DNA from: Antedon mediterranea
Lineage: Eukaryota > Animalia > Echinodermata
NCBI RefSeq assembly: GCF_964355755.1
Contig: NC_092671.1
Coordinates: 6,324,001-6,388,000 of the forward strand
Reading direction: 5' to 3'
DNA: 64,000 bases
Under the pieces are notes generated by a model. The model made no database searches. It was not told where the DNA came from and was given only the letters and a program-made list of their open reading frames with translations. The position numbers were made by a program, and so were the translations under genes. Below are positions 1 through 12,133 of the stretch, one piece after another (position 1 is the stretch's first letter; every line of letters begins with the position of its first letter).

Positions 1-451
1 GCATATTTTAGGCAAATCCTTCAAATTGTGATAACATTTTGAAACTTTGCACAGTTATTCATTAGGGTGTCAAAAATATGAAATGGAAGGGTTGCACAAA
101 ATTTGGTCAGGGGAAAGCCGCCATTTTGGATTTCAAAATGGCTGACCTCAAATTTTCACTTGTCAGGTATATCTCTGCTAAAGAGGCACCTAGAGTTCTG
201 ATTTTACCTGCAAAATATATGGTAGTGGGGTCACCAAACATATTGGTATAATTAACATTTGATTGCATGGCGGCCATGTTGGATTTCAAAATGGCGGACT
301 TCAAATTTTCACTTTTCAGGTATATCTCTGCTAAAAAGGCACCTAGAATTGTGATTTTAGGTGCAAATTATAATTATGGTAATGGGGTCACCAAACATAT
401 TGGTATAACTAACATTTTAATTTCATGGCGGCCATGTTGGATTTCAAAATC

Positions 452-1400
452 ATAAATCACTCTTTCTGCATTTACAGCGTCCAAGATCACAGTCGGTGTG
501 TCACAGCGATTTGTGACATCTGAAAGTTCCGGCAATGAACTCCAAACTGGACTAAATTTGTTGCCGTCCTTCCTCCATCCCCAGTTTGCTGGGTCCTGTT
601 CAACCCTGAATGCATCTAGACAGTTGTACCACTTTCTGGCTTGTAGAAAAGACCGTTTCACATGTTCTCTTAATGCCGCAGATGTTGGGGGGATATTTTC
701 AATAGTCTGTAGTAAAAAAATATCGTCTTGCATCATTTACCTTCTTTCTACATAGTTACAACAAACTGTTCTAGATAATCTGTGTCACTAACATCCCCTA
801 CAGACAATGACATCGTCTCAAATTCCTTTCCTTGAACAGATGAAGTTGTATCACAACTGCTAAAGGAATGAAAGAACAAGTAAGCGGCTGATGCTTGTGA
901 TCCAAGAGAAGTAATCTTGTGTATTGAGATATACTTCAAGTGCTTCCCCACTCCAAACTCGATCCAAAGCTCGTGGATGCCAGGTATTCTGTGGAAAGTT
1001 GACAATGAAATAACAACAACATCACTGTCTACAGTCTTGACAAGAATGCGCGGACAAATTTTAGCGGCATGTTTAACATGAACAAACATACGTTCATCTG
1101 CCTCTTCTATGTTACTTGGCATCAGCGGTTTTATATTTACAGACTGGTTTGTTACAGCTCTGTCTCTCAGAGACCCTACAAACATTCCGTGATTTGTGTC
1201 AATGTTCTCTACTACTTCAGTTACAATTAATGAAACAACTCTGATTTGTTGTCATCATATCTCGAATATGTGGTCCAATTGTTGGGCATGCTCCCACTGG
1301 CTTTGACGCCCCTCATTACACCAGAGCCGCGGTTTGAACGCGTACTAGACTTTAAACCGTCGTTAAAGTATCTATCGAAAACCAAATCTGGTCACGTCAC
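452..1400 (-). pseudogene. Academ-like transposase C-terminal fragment (XPG-like nuclease), frameshifted, minus-strand copy
   Basis: ORF-track frames 748-1185 and 374-736, plus the upstream frame DLVFDRYFNDGLKSSTRSNRG...PNNW...NKSELF; several frameshifts. Confidence 0.75.
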
Positions 1401-1419
1401 TGATCGACTGTACACAATG

Positions 1420-2100
1420 ATGTTGTTGTCAGCTTTCCACAGAATACCTGGCATCCACGAGCTTCGGATCGAGTTTGGAGTGGGGAAGCACTTGAAATAC
1501 ATCCCAATACACAAGATTGCTTCTTCTCTTGGATCACAAGCATCAGCCGCTTACTTGTTCTTTCATACCATTAGCGGTTGTGATAGAACTTCATCTGTTT
1601 AAGGAAAAGGTAAAGCTACATTTAACGAGACTTTGAAAAAGATGCCATGTATGACTCCAGTTTTTGAGAGGATGTCATTGTCTGTAGGGCATGTTAGTGA
1701 AACAGACACAGATTATCTAGAACAGTTTGTTGTAACTATGTCTACTGCAGAACATTTAATGATGCAAGACGATATCTTTTTACAACAAGAGAAAGACTAT
1801 TGAAAATATCCCCCAACATCTGCGGCATTAAGAGAACATGTGAAACGGAAGCCAAGAAGTGGTACGACTGTCTAGATGCATTCAGGGTTGAACTAACAGG
1901 ACCCAGCGAACTGGGGATAGAGGAAGGACGGCAACAAATTTAGTCCAGCTTGGAGTTCATTGCCGGAACTTTCAGATGTCACAAAGGTTTTAATTCGCTG
2001 TGGACACACCGACTGTGATCTTGAATGCTGTAAATGCAGAAAGAGTGATTTACGATGCACAGAGCTGTGTGGTTGCCAGGAAAAATGTGACCTACAATAA
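1420..2100 (+). pseudogene. Second, inverted copy of the same transposase C-terminal fragment
   Basis: 1420-2052 is a diverged reverse complement of 452-1024 (FHRIPGIHEL.IEFGVGKHLKYIPIH ... CKCRKSDLRCTELCGC); contains stops and indels. Confidence 0.75.
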
Positions 2101-2223
2101 GTGTCCGTGTTAAATGCATGTAATTATGAACATAAACAAATAGTGTAAAGCCAGTACGGGTTGAGCTACATTCAAAATGGCCGCCATGCAATCAAAGACG
2201 TTATACCAATATGTTTGTTGACC

Positions 2224-2273
2224 CAGGGAAGAGTTAAATTAAATTAATTAAATTGTAATTTAACTCTTCCCTG
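2224..2273. mobile_element. 50-bp palindromic transposon remnant with 7-bp target duplication
   Basis: CAGGGAAGAGTTAAATTA...TAATTTAACTCTTCCCTG flanked by GTTGACC on both sides (2217-2223, 2274-2280). Confidence 0.8.
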
Positions 2274-3110
2274 GTTGACCTCAATACTATATTATACTTT
2301 GTACCTAAAATTATAACTGTAGGTACCGTACTGAAACATTTTGAGTTCGCCATTTTGAAATTCAAAATGGCCGCCATGCAATAAAAATGTCAGTTAAATA
2401 CCAATATGTTTGGTTACCCATTACCATATAATTGGCACCTAAAATCAGGACTCTGTGTACCTTTTTAGCAGAGATACCTGAAAAGTGAAAATTTGAAGTC
2501 CGCCATTTTGAAATCCAAAATGGCCGTCATGCAATCAAAATGTTAGTTATACCAATATGTTTGGTGACCCCATTAACATATAATTTGCACCTAAAATCAG
2601 AACTCTAGGTGCCTTTTTAGCAGAGATATGCCTGAAAAATGAAAATTTGAAATCCGCCATTTTGAAATCCAACATGGCCGCCATGGAATCAAAATGTTAG
2701 TTATACCAGTATGTTTGGTGACCCCACTACCATATAATTTGCACCTAAAATCAGAACTCTAGGTGCCTCTTTAGCAGAGATATACCTAAAAAGTGAAAAT
2801 TTGAAGTCCGCCATTTTGAAATCTAAAATGGCCGCCATGCAATTAAAATGTTAGTTATACCAATATCTTTGGTGACCCCATTACCATATAATTTGCACCT
2901 AAATTCAGAACTCTAGGTGCCTATTTAGCAGAGATATACCTGACAAGTGAAAATTTGAGGTCAGCCATTTTGAAATCCAAAATGGCGGCTTTCCCCTGAC
3001 CAAATTTTGTGCAACCCTTCCATTTCATATTTTTGACACCCTAATGAATAACTGTGCAAAGTTTCAGAATGTTATCACAATTTGAAGGATTGGGTCACTT
3101 AACAGGCCTA

Positions 3111-4171
3111 CTATTTTGTTGCTTCAGCTTTTGGTCGCGTAGGCAAGACTCGACGAAACGTAGGCATACACGGCAGCGTCACAAGTCTTTGTATAATGCA
3201 AATACAGCCGATAAAAAGTGTAGTTGAAAGAATCGAAGCTAATGACAATACTAGAATAAACCCATCATTCCAAACAAGATCTACACAATAATTACAAAAT
3301 AATTATATATAGCTATATTGTTTTATACTCTAATATCAGTTTCTAAAAACATTTTTAAAGATGCTAGAACCCATTTTCAAAGAACCATTTCCACGTCATT
3401 CACGCCGTTTTTAAAGGTATAAACAAATTTCCATCCGCCATAAATGTTTCAAAAGTGGAGGTTCAAACCGAAACAGCAACGCAAAGATAAGCAGTATTTT
3501 ACCATTATTTATTATACACATATTTGTATTAAAATATTAATAATAAACAAATATCACCTTCAATTTTTTCTGTTACTTCTGCTTCTATAGTTACAGTATC
3601 TGTTATATTAACCGTTTCAGGAGCCACTGTATATTAATAAATATATAATTATACCAAGTTATCAACATTAATAAACATCGAAAACATTAATGTCATAATA
3701 AAACAAATACAGTTATGGCTTCATGCTTTTAGTTTTCCAGCAAATGAGCCTATTTAACAAAATGTGTACGGAATCAACATCTTAATATCACTAACAAGTT
3801 AGTCGAAGGATGTCGAATTAGGAAATTGCTGTAATTTCAAAAAATAATTTTGAAATGCAAAAAATATAAAGATCAAAAAGAGTACAGTAGATGCATAAAC
3901 ATACAGGGAAAAGACAATGTTTGTAATTCCAAAAATAGTAGTACATCTGGGATTAAACTGCAGCCGCTGAGTAATTGTTTTTTGGACCAAATCTACTATA
4001 CAAGTTTAAATATTGCATTTTAAAATCAATAAATCAATCAATACCTTATCTAGTTCACGTAGAGCAATTATTTAAGTCTTGCTGACACGATAGTATTAAC
4101 TATAACTACTAATATAACTTACCTGCTGTATCAATGTTGGTAAAAAGCATCAACAATAAGAAGGAATTCAT
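3111..4171 (-). CDS. Gene C: short type I membrane protein, paralogue of genes A and B (possibly truncated or a pseudogene)
   Basis: Exons 4171-4123 (MNSFLLLMLFTNIDTA, signal-like), 3626-3558 (Thr/Glu-rich stalk) and 3280-3111 (DLVWNDGFILVLSLASILSTTLFIGCICIIQRL...FRRV...EATK*). All junctions are phase 1, giving ~95 aa. A candidate exon 3992-3905 is out of phase. Confidence 0.6.
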
Positions 4172-4216
4172 TATGTTCTTAAAAAACAGAAGAAATAGGT
4201 AAGATATAAACTTGTA

Positions 4217-4500
4217 AGATCTATTGTCCCCCAAAAACATGAAAAATGAATATTATTTAAATCAGACTTTGAATAAATTATTTTGTAGTTTTAATAAAGT
4301 TAATCATATCCGGCCATAGAAAAAAAAATGATGTTTCCACTTTTAAAATGACAAAATAAATAAAAAAAAAAACACAACTTTTCAATTTTTTCTTTAAATT
4401 TCATTTTTTTCAAGTATATGCATTTTTTCGATCCAATTTTTGGACAAAGTGGATAATTATTATTTAACATTAAAATGGCATATCCAACAAAAATGTATTA
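4217..4500 (-). mobile_element. Degraded copy of the AGATGTATTGTCCCC MITE family
   Basis: AGATCTATTGTCCCCCAAAAACATGAAAA...AAATCAGACTTTGAATA matches the reverse complement of the 5888-6179 element end. Confidence 0.6.
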
Positions 4501-4944
4501 AAAACAAAACCTTTAAGTGTTTAAGATTAAAGTTATGCTGTATTTATGTCCTTTTTCAATCGAATGTTATCTTTATAAATATTTAAGGCAATCATAAAAC
4601 TACAGCATACGACAATTACAATAACATGGCGATCTTATCTTGTTATCGCTGCTTGGTGAATTTTCTTTCTCTATTTCATACCTTTTAAACGGCAACTCCC
4701 TATTTTAAGCAACAAGTTTACAACTTTTACAACAAAAAAAGCCATTAGAACTTTCGTTTATGAGAAACCAGAATCAATTTAATTAATTTTATGTTGAACT
4801 TTGCTAAAAGCTAAAATGTCTGCGTATCTTTTCGGACATTAGGGCCTATATCTATCTCTATCGGAAATGTTACCCGAGTTATCATCCTAGGTGAACCCAT
4901 CCCGCTCCAATAATTACTTTCAAATAGGAAGTAAAACAGATACT

Positions 4945-5290
4945 TATTTATTGAAAGATCTCCATTGGCTTCATATAAAAAAAAGGATTTTGTACAAAGT
5001 TATTGTTTTTGTTTATAAATGTATTTACTCTGTTGTTCCTTTTTACATTTTTGATTTAATTAAGTTTAACCGTGACCAGCTTTCATTTAATTACAGGTTT
5101 CGACTTCGCTCCTCTAATTATCCCACCCGACTTTTCGTTCCATGATCTAATCGGAAAGCTGGTGACAATGCTTTTTCTGTCGCCCCTCCGCGGATCTGGA
5201 ACGCGCTACCTGTCGATTTGAGAGGAGCGAATTCGGCACCTCTATTTAAATGTCAACTTTAAACTTTTCTTTTTAATTTATTACTAAGTA
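4945..5290 (+). mobile_element. L2/CR1-clade LINE 3' fragment
   Basis: LKDLHWLHIKKRILYK...LRS...AFSVAPPRIWNALP, the typical L2 ORF2 C-terminus, with stops. Confidence 0.75.
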
Positions 5291-5887
5291 TTGTTAGAAT
5301 AGAATAGTAATTCTTAAATAATTTAATAAAGAATTGGAGAGCGCCGTTTTCTGTTCCGTGAAAAAACTGTCACGGAATGTTAAAAATTCAACAACTTTTA
5401 GTAACTTAACAATCTGCTGCATAACCCTAACCTATTCCTACCTTAAGATTGTTATTAGATGTTATCCAATAGTAATATGCAATAATTCAATTATTGCAAT
5501 TAGCAGTAACTAATATTATCTCTATCATCATCTTCATCATCATTATTATTACCTACTTGCTTGAGTGTTATATCAAAACAGTTCCGTCCACATAGCTTGC
5601 TAATGATAATACCAAAACCTTATCCTTTTCAGATCAATAATTTTTTTATGAACGTATCTAAATTCTAAATTTTGACTATCCTCACGTAGTCCCATTGAAA
5701 GAAACAACAGAAAACGTGCTGTTGTTTATATAAGCGAGAAATTACATCTTTATGTATTCGATATTATATGAAAATTACACGTATAAGTATTCATGTTGCC
5801 TTGAAATACTATGCATCTTTTTACCAATAGGGAAGGGATATTTCAAACAAAAAGGAAAATAAAAAGGAGATCGATTTTTAATATTAA

Positions 5888-6179
5888 AGATGTATTGTCC
5901 CCCTGAAAAAAATAATTATTTAAATTTTATTTGTTGAATATCCCATTTTAATGTCATATAATAGTTATCCACTTTGAGCAAAAATTAGATCGAAAAAAAA
6001 TTTGGCTGCCAGCCAATGGATTTTTTGATTGAATTCAACCATTTATTTTGTCATTTTATAAGGGAAAACATTTTTTTTTCTACGGAAGTGGTTAACTTTA
6101 TTAAAACTACAAAATAACCTATTCAAAGTCTGATTTAATTAATCTTCATTGTTTTCATGTTTTTGGGGACAATACATCT
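5888..6179 (+). mobile_element. MITE, TTAA-flanked, AG...CT termini (Kolobok-like)
   Basis: TTAA|AGATGTATTGTCCCC ... GGGGACAATACATCT|TTAA; perfect 15-bp TIR. Confidence 0.85.
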
Positions 6180-6321
6180 TTAAGTGCGTTGCGTCTCTAT
6201 AGTGGGAATCCAGCTTGTCTTGGTCAAATCGCTGGTGTAAACCAAGCTTTATATGAGTTACGGTACACGTCGATAAAAGTTATAACTAAATTCCTGCCGT
6301 TATACTGATTATGACTCTTAA

Positions 6322-6466
6322 AGCTCTGTCTACACTACCCAATTAGTTTGACAAAAAAGTGTGATGTGCCAACATGTGGTAGTGATATACTCTGATAGTG
6401 ATATGAAATCATCATGTCCATATGGGCACATCATTTTTTTGATAGTTTGATAATGTAGACAGAGCT
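6322..6466. mobile_element. MITE family AGCTCTGTCTACACTATCAAACT (about 12 copies in window)
   Basis: TIR AGCTCTGTCTACACTA / TAATGTAGACAGAGCT, internal ATATGGTAGTGAT-type units, TTAA-like flanks. Confidence 0.8.
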
Positions 6467-6681
6467 TTACTAACCATTTTGTTGATTACTATTATTAGGG
6501 TTACAGCTACACATTTTGTCTGTTAATTATTTCCCTTACTCTTCTTACACCAATTACACAAACAACATATTTTTATTTACTTCCACAGTTTTATACTTTT
6601 TCTCTTAAATATACATCGATTTTCTGTGCATTATCATTCTAGTATGTTGACAGTACTACTACATTATTACTATACACTCGG

Positions 6682-9443
6682 TCACATTCTTGTTTCACAT
6701 TTCTTTGGTGCCTCAACTTCTGATGTATATGAAACTCGACGAAATCGCTTAGGAATTTTCACCAAGCTTTGTAAAACGCAAATAAAGCCAAGAAAAAGAC
6801 TGAAAACTGCAATCGATGTTGTACACAACTTTAGAATAAAATCGAAGTTCCAAACAAGATCTACAAAAACAAAGATTGCTAGTGTTGAGATTGTCTGCCT
6901 CAACGGATAATTGTTACGTAATTTGATGACAATGTTTTCTTTTATTTCTTTAAAAAATAAACACAAATAAAGGTAAATTATTCTCATGTTGAAGGTGAGG
7001 GCTTTCTAACTTGATTCCGTCGTTTCTGTACCTCCACTAATGATATTATGTTATGTGTCCAGTAGGCCTATCATAATTATGTAAATAAAATGCCATGTGA
7101 ATCACACAGGGTTCGTGTAGTTAGTATTTGTAGTAAAGTACAGTATGTGTGTGTGGTATATGAGTGTTATGTTATGTATGTTATGTATCTATAATTAAAG
7201 TTACTTAGTACTATATATTATGTGCTAGTATTATTTGTGTAGTATAAGTATGTTGCCTTATGGTCTGATGGTGCAGTTATCATTGTCACAATAAAAACAA
7301 ATGATGACACTTACTTCGATACTTTTTACTAGTTACCGTGAGTTGAGTAGTACTGGTGGTAGACGCATTTCCCTCTATGAATTGAGTAGTAGTACCGGTG
7401 GTATACACGTTTCCCTGTACAGTTGTGGCTGCGATTTCTTTAATAATTAATTATGATAAGCAATTAATAGTAATTTTGTTAACATATGTATTGTATGGCA
7501 GTCTTAACTTATTACTTTTTATTGTATTAAACTTATTTTGAAGACATTATTCGACGTACCTGCTACATTCCCTGCCGTAATATGGAATTCTGTTGCAGTA
7601 ATAGTGTTCATCAGATAAGTATTCTGCTTTGATATGGCAACATGTGCAGTGGACAGTTGCGGCGCAGTGGACAATTGCGGCGCAGTGGACAATTGCGGTG
7701 CAGTGGACAAATGCGGTAGAGTAGTATGTTGCTTTGAGGTTGCAATGATAGTTGTTGTAGGCGGCGCGGTAGATGTATTCAAAGGATTAGTCGTCTGGGT
7801 ATTAGTAGTCAGGGGGGCTGTGTTAGAACCAGCGTGTACTGCAACATAATATGCACAGTCTGCAACTGTGTACGATGAACATCCACAATTAACGTAGTCT
7901 CTATCCCAAGTACAATTGTCTGGTGCTAAGATACACGTCATCTCTCCCAGAGAATGACCACTAACTTGACATTGAGATCCCAAATCTACATAACAGAGAT
8001 TTTAGATGTTGATGTTTAACTAAATACATTATTATTTTATTTTTAACAATATTTTACGACGGTGGACCATCCACCCGAAGCTGATCATTAGGGACCCTCA
8101 CAAAAATACAACATGACGAGACATGTAGGCCTAACAATACAAATGTAATTAAAATAAATTTAATTAAAATAAAGCACAAACAAATTAGAATAAAAAATTA
8201 AATGAATGAAATTTGTTTGTATTTAAATGCCCATACCTAATTTGCAATCTGACGCATGTACATTCACGTCGTACCAAAAATATCTAGGCAGAAATGTTGC
8301 AACTGGTGATTGAACGATTACCCCAGATCCGTCTGTGTTGTTAACATAAAAAATGCCATTCTGATACGTTATTGTAATAATGTCCGTCAGAAGAAGATCA
8401 AAAGCGTAAAACTCCAGATCTTGATTGTATTCACATGTACTTTTGAATTCGTAAAATCCAGGGAATAGTCTCTTTACATTTATTTCATATATAAAGGCAC
8501 CTCCTGTAAACTCTGACGTAAACATGTACACGTGATTGGAATAGACATTGACATATACGTCACCGTTAATACTAAACCGTTCTAGATTCTCGGGAAGATA
8601 AATAAACTTGTATATATGGTTGTCCGTACCACAACCTATACAAAAAGAAAAATAGTGAGCGAAAGTTATTAAGCGACAAAAAACCACTAGTAATATTTCT
8701 TTATCATTAATTAAGGCATAGTTGAACATAATGTAGCCAATCTGGATATCAAAATGATTGTCTTTAAACGAAATGAAAAATAGATCTATATCTGAACATT
8801 TTAACATTAATTAATCTCTCCTTACATATTTATTGTTAATTGTTATAACATACCTATTGTTAAAGTAAACTTTTTAGAAAATTAATCTATTGCTTTCATC
8901 TTTAGCATTAACAAGGCCATATACATGGCTGCAGTCGCGTGCTCAAATTTGAGTTAGTGTTTTACCGACCGACCGACCGATCGACCGACCGACCAACCGA
9001 CCGACATAGTGAGTTGTAGAGTCGCGTTTGCACACAACTAAAAAAAGAGAACTTTGATTTTAACCGAAGCACCCCATACGATTGTCACAGCCTCCGAATA
9101 CCAAGGGCTACAACTTGCATCATTATCCAGAAAAAACACCGCACAATTATTGTATGCTATAACAAAACATGAAACGTAAAGTATACGTTCAGTGGCGTAA
9201 CGCAGGCGGCAAAGGCCTCTAGTTTAGCACTCCTAAGTGGCCCTCCAAAACTGGGTAGTTGCATTGAGGCTTCTCATCCTCTGGGCCAAAAAAATCTCTG
9301 GGTTTAGCCACTGTATACGTTGCTTCACTATCAAGACGTTTAGTGGTTGTTTGAATCAAACCTAAGCTATGGCTTTTACCTTCATTCGCTTCAGTCAGAG
9401 TTGCACAACTTAAGAAAAGAACAACGATCGGAATTCTTATCAT
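6682..9443 (-). CDS. Gene A: uncharacterised type I membrane glycoprotein (~396 aa)
   Basis: Exons 9443-9380 (signal MIRIPIVVLFLSCATLTEANE), 8635-8237 (CGTDN...RYFWYDV...DCKL), 7985-7560 (6-Cys module and Thr-rich stalk), 7437-7315 (Thr-rich) and 6860-6682 (LVWN..TM..FRRV...CETRM*). All GT-AG, all phase 1, total 1191 nt. Probable 5' UTR exon ending at 9760. Confidence 0.85.
8911..9045 (+). mobile_element. Helentron-associated (HINE/DINE-1-like) element with (CCGA)n microsatellite
   Basis: ACAAGGCC start, CCGA array, 3' GTCGCG stem-loop followed by a TAAAAA run; further copies at 10219-10385 and 43016-43120. Confidence 0.6.
9190..9313. mobile_element. hAT-type MITE with 8-bp target duplication
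   Basis: TATACGTT|CAGTGGC ... GCCACTG|TATACGTT. Confidence 0.85.
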
Positions 9444-10218
9444 CGTTGTTGTTTTTCTAAAAAAAAAAAAAAAAATATTGTGAAAGAAATTCTGTCCTTG
9501 CACCTTACAAATAGAACCTGCTGACGGAGATAAAATGTATTAAAAGTGTTTAACACACCTAGACTAGAAGTATCTAACTGCCTTGCAATAGTCAGTTTGA
9601 TGAATCCTACAGATGTACAACAGAAGCTCTTTCTAACCAACCAAGTAGAATTTATTTTGTTGAAATGTACATACATAAACCTCCTAATATACTTTACAAG
9701 CTATACCATTTTTATTCAAAACTTCAAAGTCCACTATTAAAATAATATTAATTTCTTACCCTGCAGTTATAATATAACAAATTCAAATGTAAACACGATT
9801 AACTGCGTACATATATTGCAAACTTTGTGTTCGTCTCTGCAACCGTTACCGAAATTAAATTTCCTCCATGGTATTATAGATGAGTAAATCAGATCTCTAA
9901 ACCGTGTAATTCGAGATTATCTTTTAAAAATCATCTTTATTGAAACACACTGTTTAGATGCATTGTTGGACAGGTAATTATGGTACCAATAAGCAGTAAG
10001 CTGCGCTAGCTATTGTGCTTTATGCACTCATCTCAACGTTAAGGGTCAACCAGTTTCTATAGGATCGAATAACCTATTAGTAATTATCGTCGAAAAAGTA
10101 CCAATTAAGAAAGTAACAATTTGGAATTGGCGGCAGGTATCAACAGGACACTTTAATCAACATCTTTTTTTCTTAATTTGGTAGACAGATGACACTCGAG
10201 TCTTTAGCATGTTTTATT

Positions 10219-10385
10219 GATTTCTAGTCGCGTGCAACGCGACACTACAGCTGCTCACTATGTCGGTCGGGTGGTCGGTCGGTCGGTCGGTCAGTCAGTT
10301 GGTCGGTCAGTTGGTAGGTCGGTCGGTCGGCCCGGTTGGTCGGTAAACACTAACTTGAGCACGCGACTGCAGCCATGTATATGGG
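10219..10385 (-). mobile_element. HINE-like element, inverted copy of 8911-9045
   Basis: TAGTCGCGTGCAACGCGAC hairpin, (TCGG)n, GAGCACGCGACTGCAGCCATGTATATGG. Confidence 0.6.
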
Positions 10386-12133
10386 TATGTTGTGGGTAAA
10401 GCACTTAAAAACATTGTATTAGGCGCTATATAAGACTACCATTATTATTAACCGAATCCATTTTACCAGAAACCAAAGACACAGCAGACTTTAAACTAAC
10501 ATGGTTGGTGATGTGATATTCGATAATTCTGCAACGCATGTTTATTTTATACCAAACAGGAAAGATGTGTTAATGTTCACTCTTGAAATTGACAATTTAG
10601 GCCTAGACAATTTAGGCCTAGATTGAAATAGAAATCATTTCCATTGTTTGCGTGTAACCATACTCTTTTAAGCCAATACGTTGCTGGAATGACCAGGGAC
10701 ATCCAATTAAGCTTAGCCCCTCATTTGACCATTTTAGGCACCCCTCCCATCATTTCAAAATCCTAGATCCGCCACTGATGACAAATAAATTAAGCGCTCT
10801 TTAAAAGTGCAGATTGGCAGAGGGCGCGCTATTTGATATTTCGGAGATAATATTAAGCCTTCGGCTTCTAAGATCTTATAAAGATACCTGAATGTTAATA
10901 AGCTTTTGTGACGTCACCAATTTATAGTTTTGCATGGCTGTTTATATTTGGAAAAAATAATCAGAAAGACAATTTGCAAGCAATACTAAGACACAAATAA
11001 ATAAAATGAACAAAATGTCTTTAAATAGTTTTTTTTATTCTTCTTAAATAATTAAAATACTCTCATAAAATAATCTTCACTTCATACATTATGATGTATT
11101 ATAATTCTCAAAAAAAAATCTCAGAATTTGTAATGTATTAATTTAAATTTTCAATGAAAGAAATAAATGTTTATTTGAATTGAATTAAATTATGTTGTTT
11201 GTGTTTTTGCCTTTCTATATTATACGTTTGTATTACCACCGTACAATCGATTGTAGGTGATCATCGTGCCAAACATGATTGTCTTGAAGCTCAGGTACAG
11301 GCATGAATTTTAAATATAATATTTGGTTAATTGTACATAAATCAAATATTTGTAACAGAAATCAAGACGAAAAAACATCAATTTCCCGTAATATGGACAA
11401 ATACAAAATTTGGCAAAATTCTTACATAAAAACCAGTATAATTTTTTTTTCAGTAGTTAGGTAGTTAACCTAATGTAATAACATGTCTGGTGACTCCCTA
11501 GATGGTGAAAAAAGATGGTGGATATACAGTGGATAATTTTTTCTATAGCATGAAAATAAAAATCTGAAGTTGAATAAAAATATCAGAAATGTAATATTTA
11601 AGTTATAGTACCTATATTTAGTCATCTGATAACATTTTTACCACACCGTTTATTTTTCATAGCTTTTTAAAACGCCTCTCTATTTACAAAATTTGTGTAT
11701 AAAAGAATAGAGATTTTACTGTGCAATTTGAACTATTCCCCCCACTGATTAGAAAGTGCTTATTTTCAACAAGCTCGTGTAACACAAATAAAATCCCAAA
11801 AATTATGAAACATAGGGGAAACTATAGATCGATAATTATTGGAATGTATGATCAATAGAAATTTTTTTTCCCGCACCTGGCCTTTAAAGTAAATATAGAA
11901 AAAAATCGTAGTTGTGTAACCAAATGCCAAAAAATAACCTCTTCACTTTGATGTGACGGTTGTCGGCGTTACAGTATTTATTTAAAAAGTGATCTGACCA
12001 TTCGCCATGCTATATGTGTCTTTTCCGTTTGGTGCAGAATACAAGAAGTTATCAAAACTACTAAACAGCAGAACTTTTTGAAAACGCAAGTTGACTAACT
12101 ATTCGAAAGGCAATTGAAAAACAGAACTATTCG

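Larger units (their letters stand above)
1..3113. mobile_element. Academ-like (XPG-nuclease type) DNA transposon, defective and internally inverted; left end just outside the window
   Basis: Long inverted repeats (16-450 vs ~2650-3091) with ~154-bp subterminal tandem units. Right end reads TAGTAGGCC on the minus strand. Broken reading frames carry XPG/PIN-like motifs VFDRY, EEADERMFVH, DSDVVV, FH..SGCD.TS..GKGK, PPT..AL..H, P..WGW and a Cys-rich tail, as in Academ transposases. Confidence 0.8.

Noticed and set aside
6861-6987. Longer ORF or upstream acceptor (6947) for the last exon of gene A
   Set aside because: Paralogue C uses the acceptor immediately before DLVWN, so 6860 is preferred; the upstream part looks like a polypyrimidine tract.
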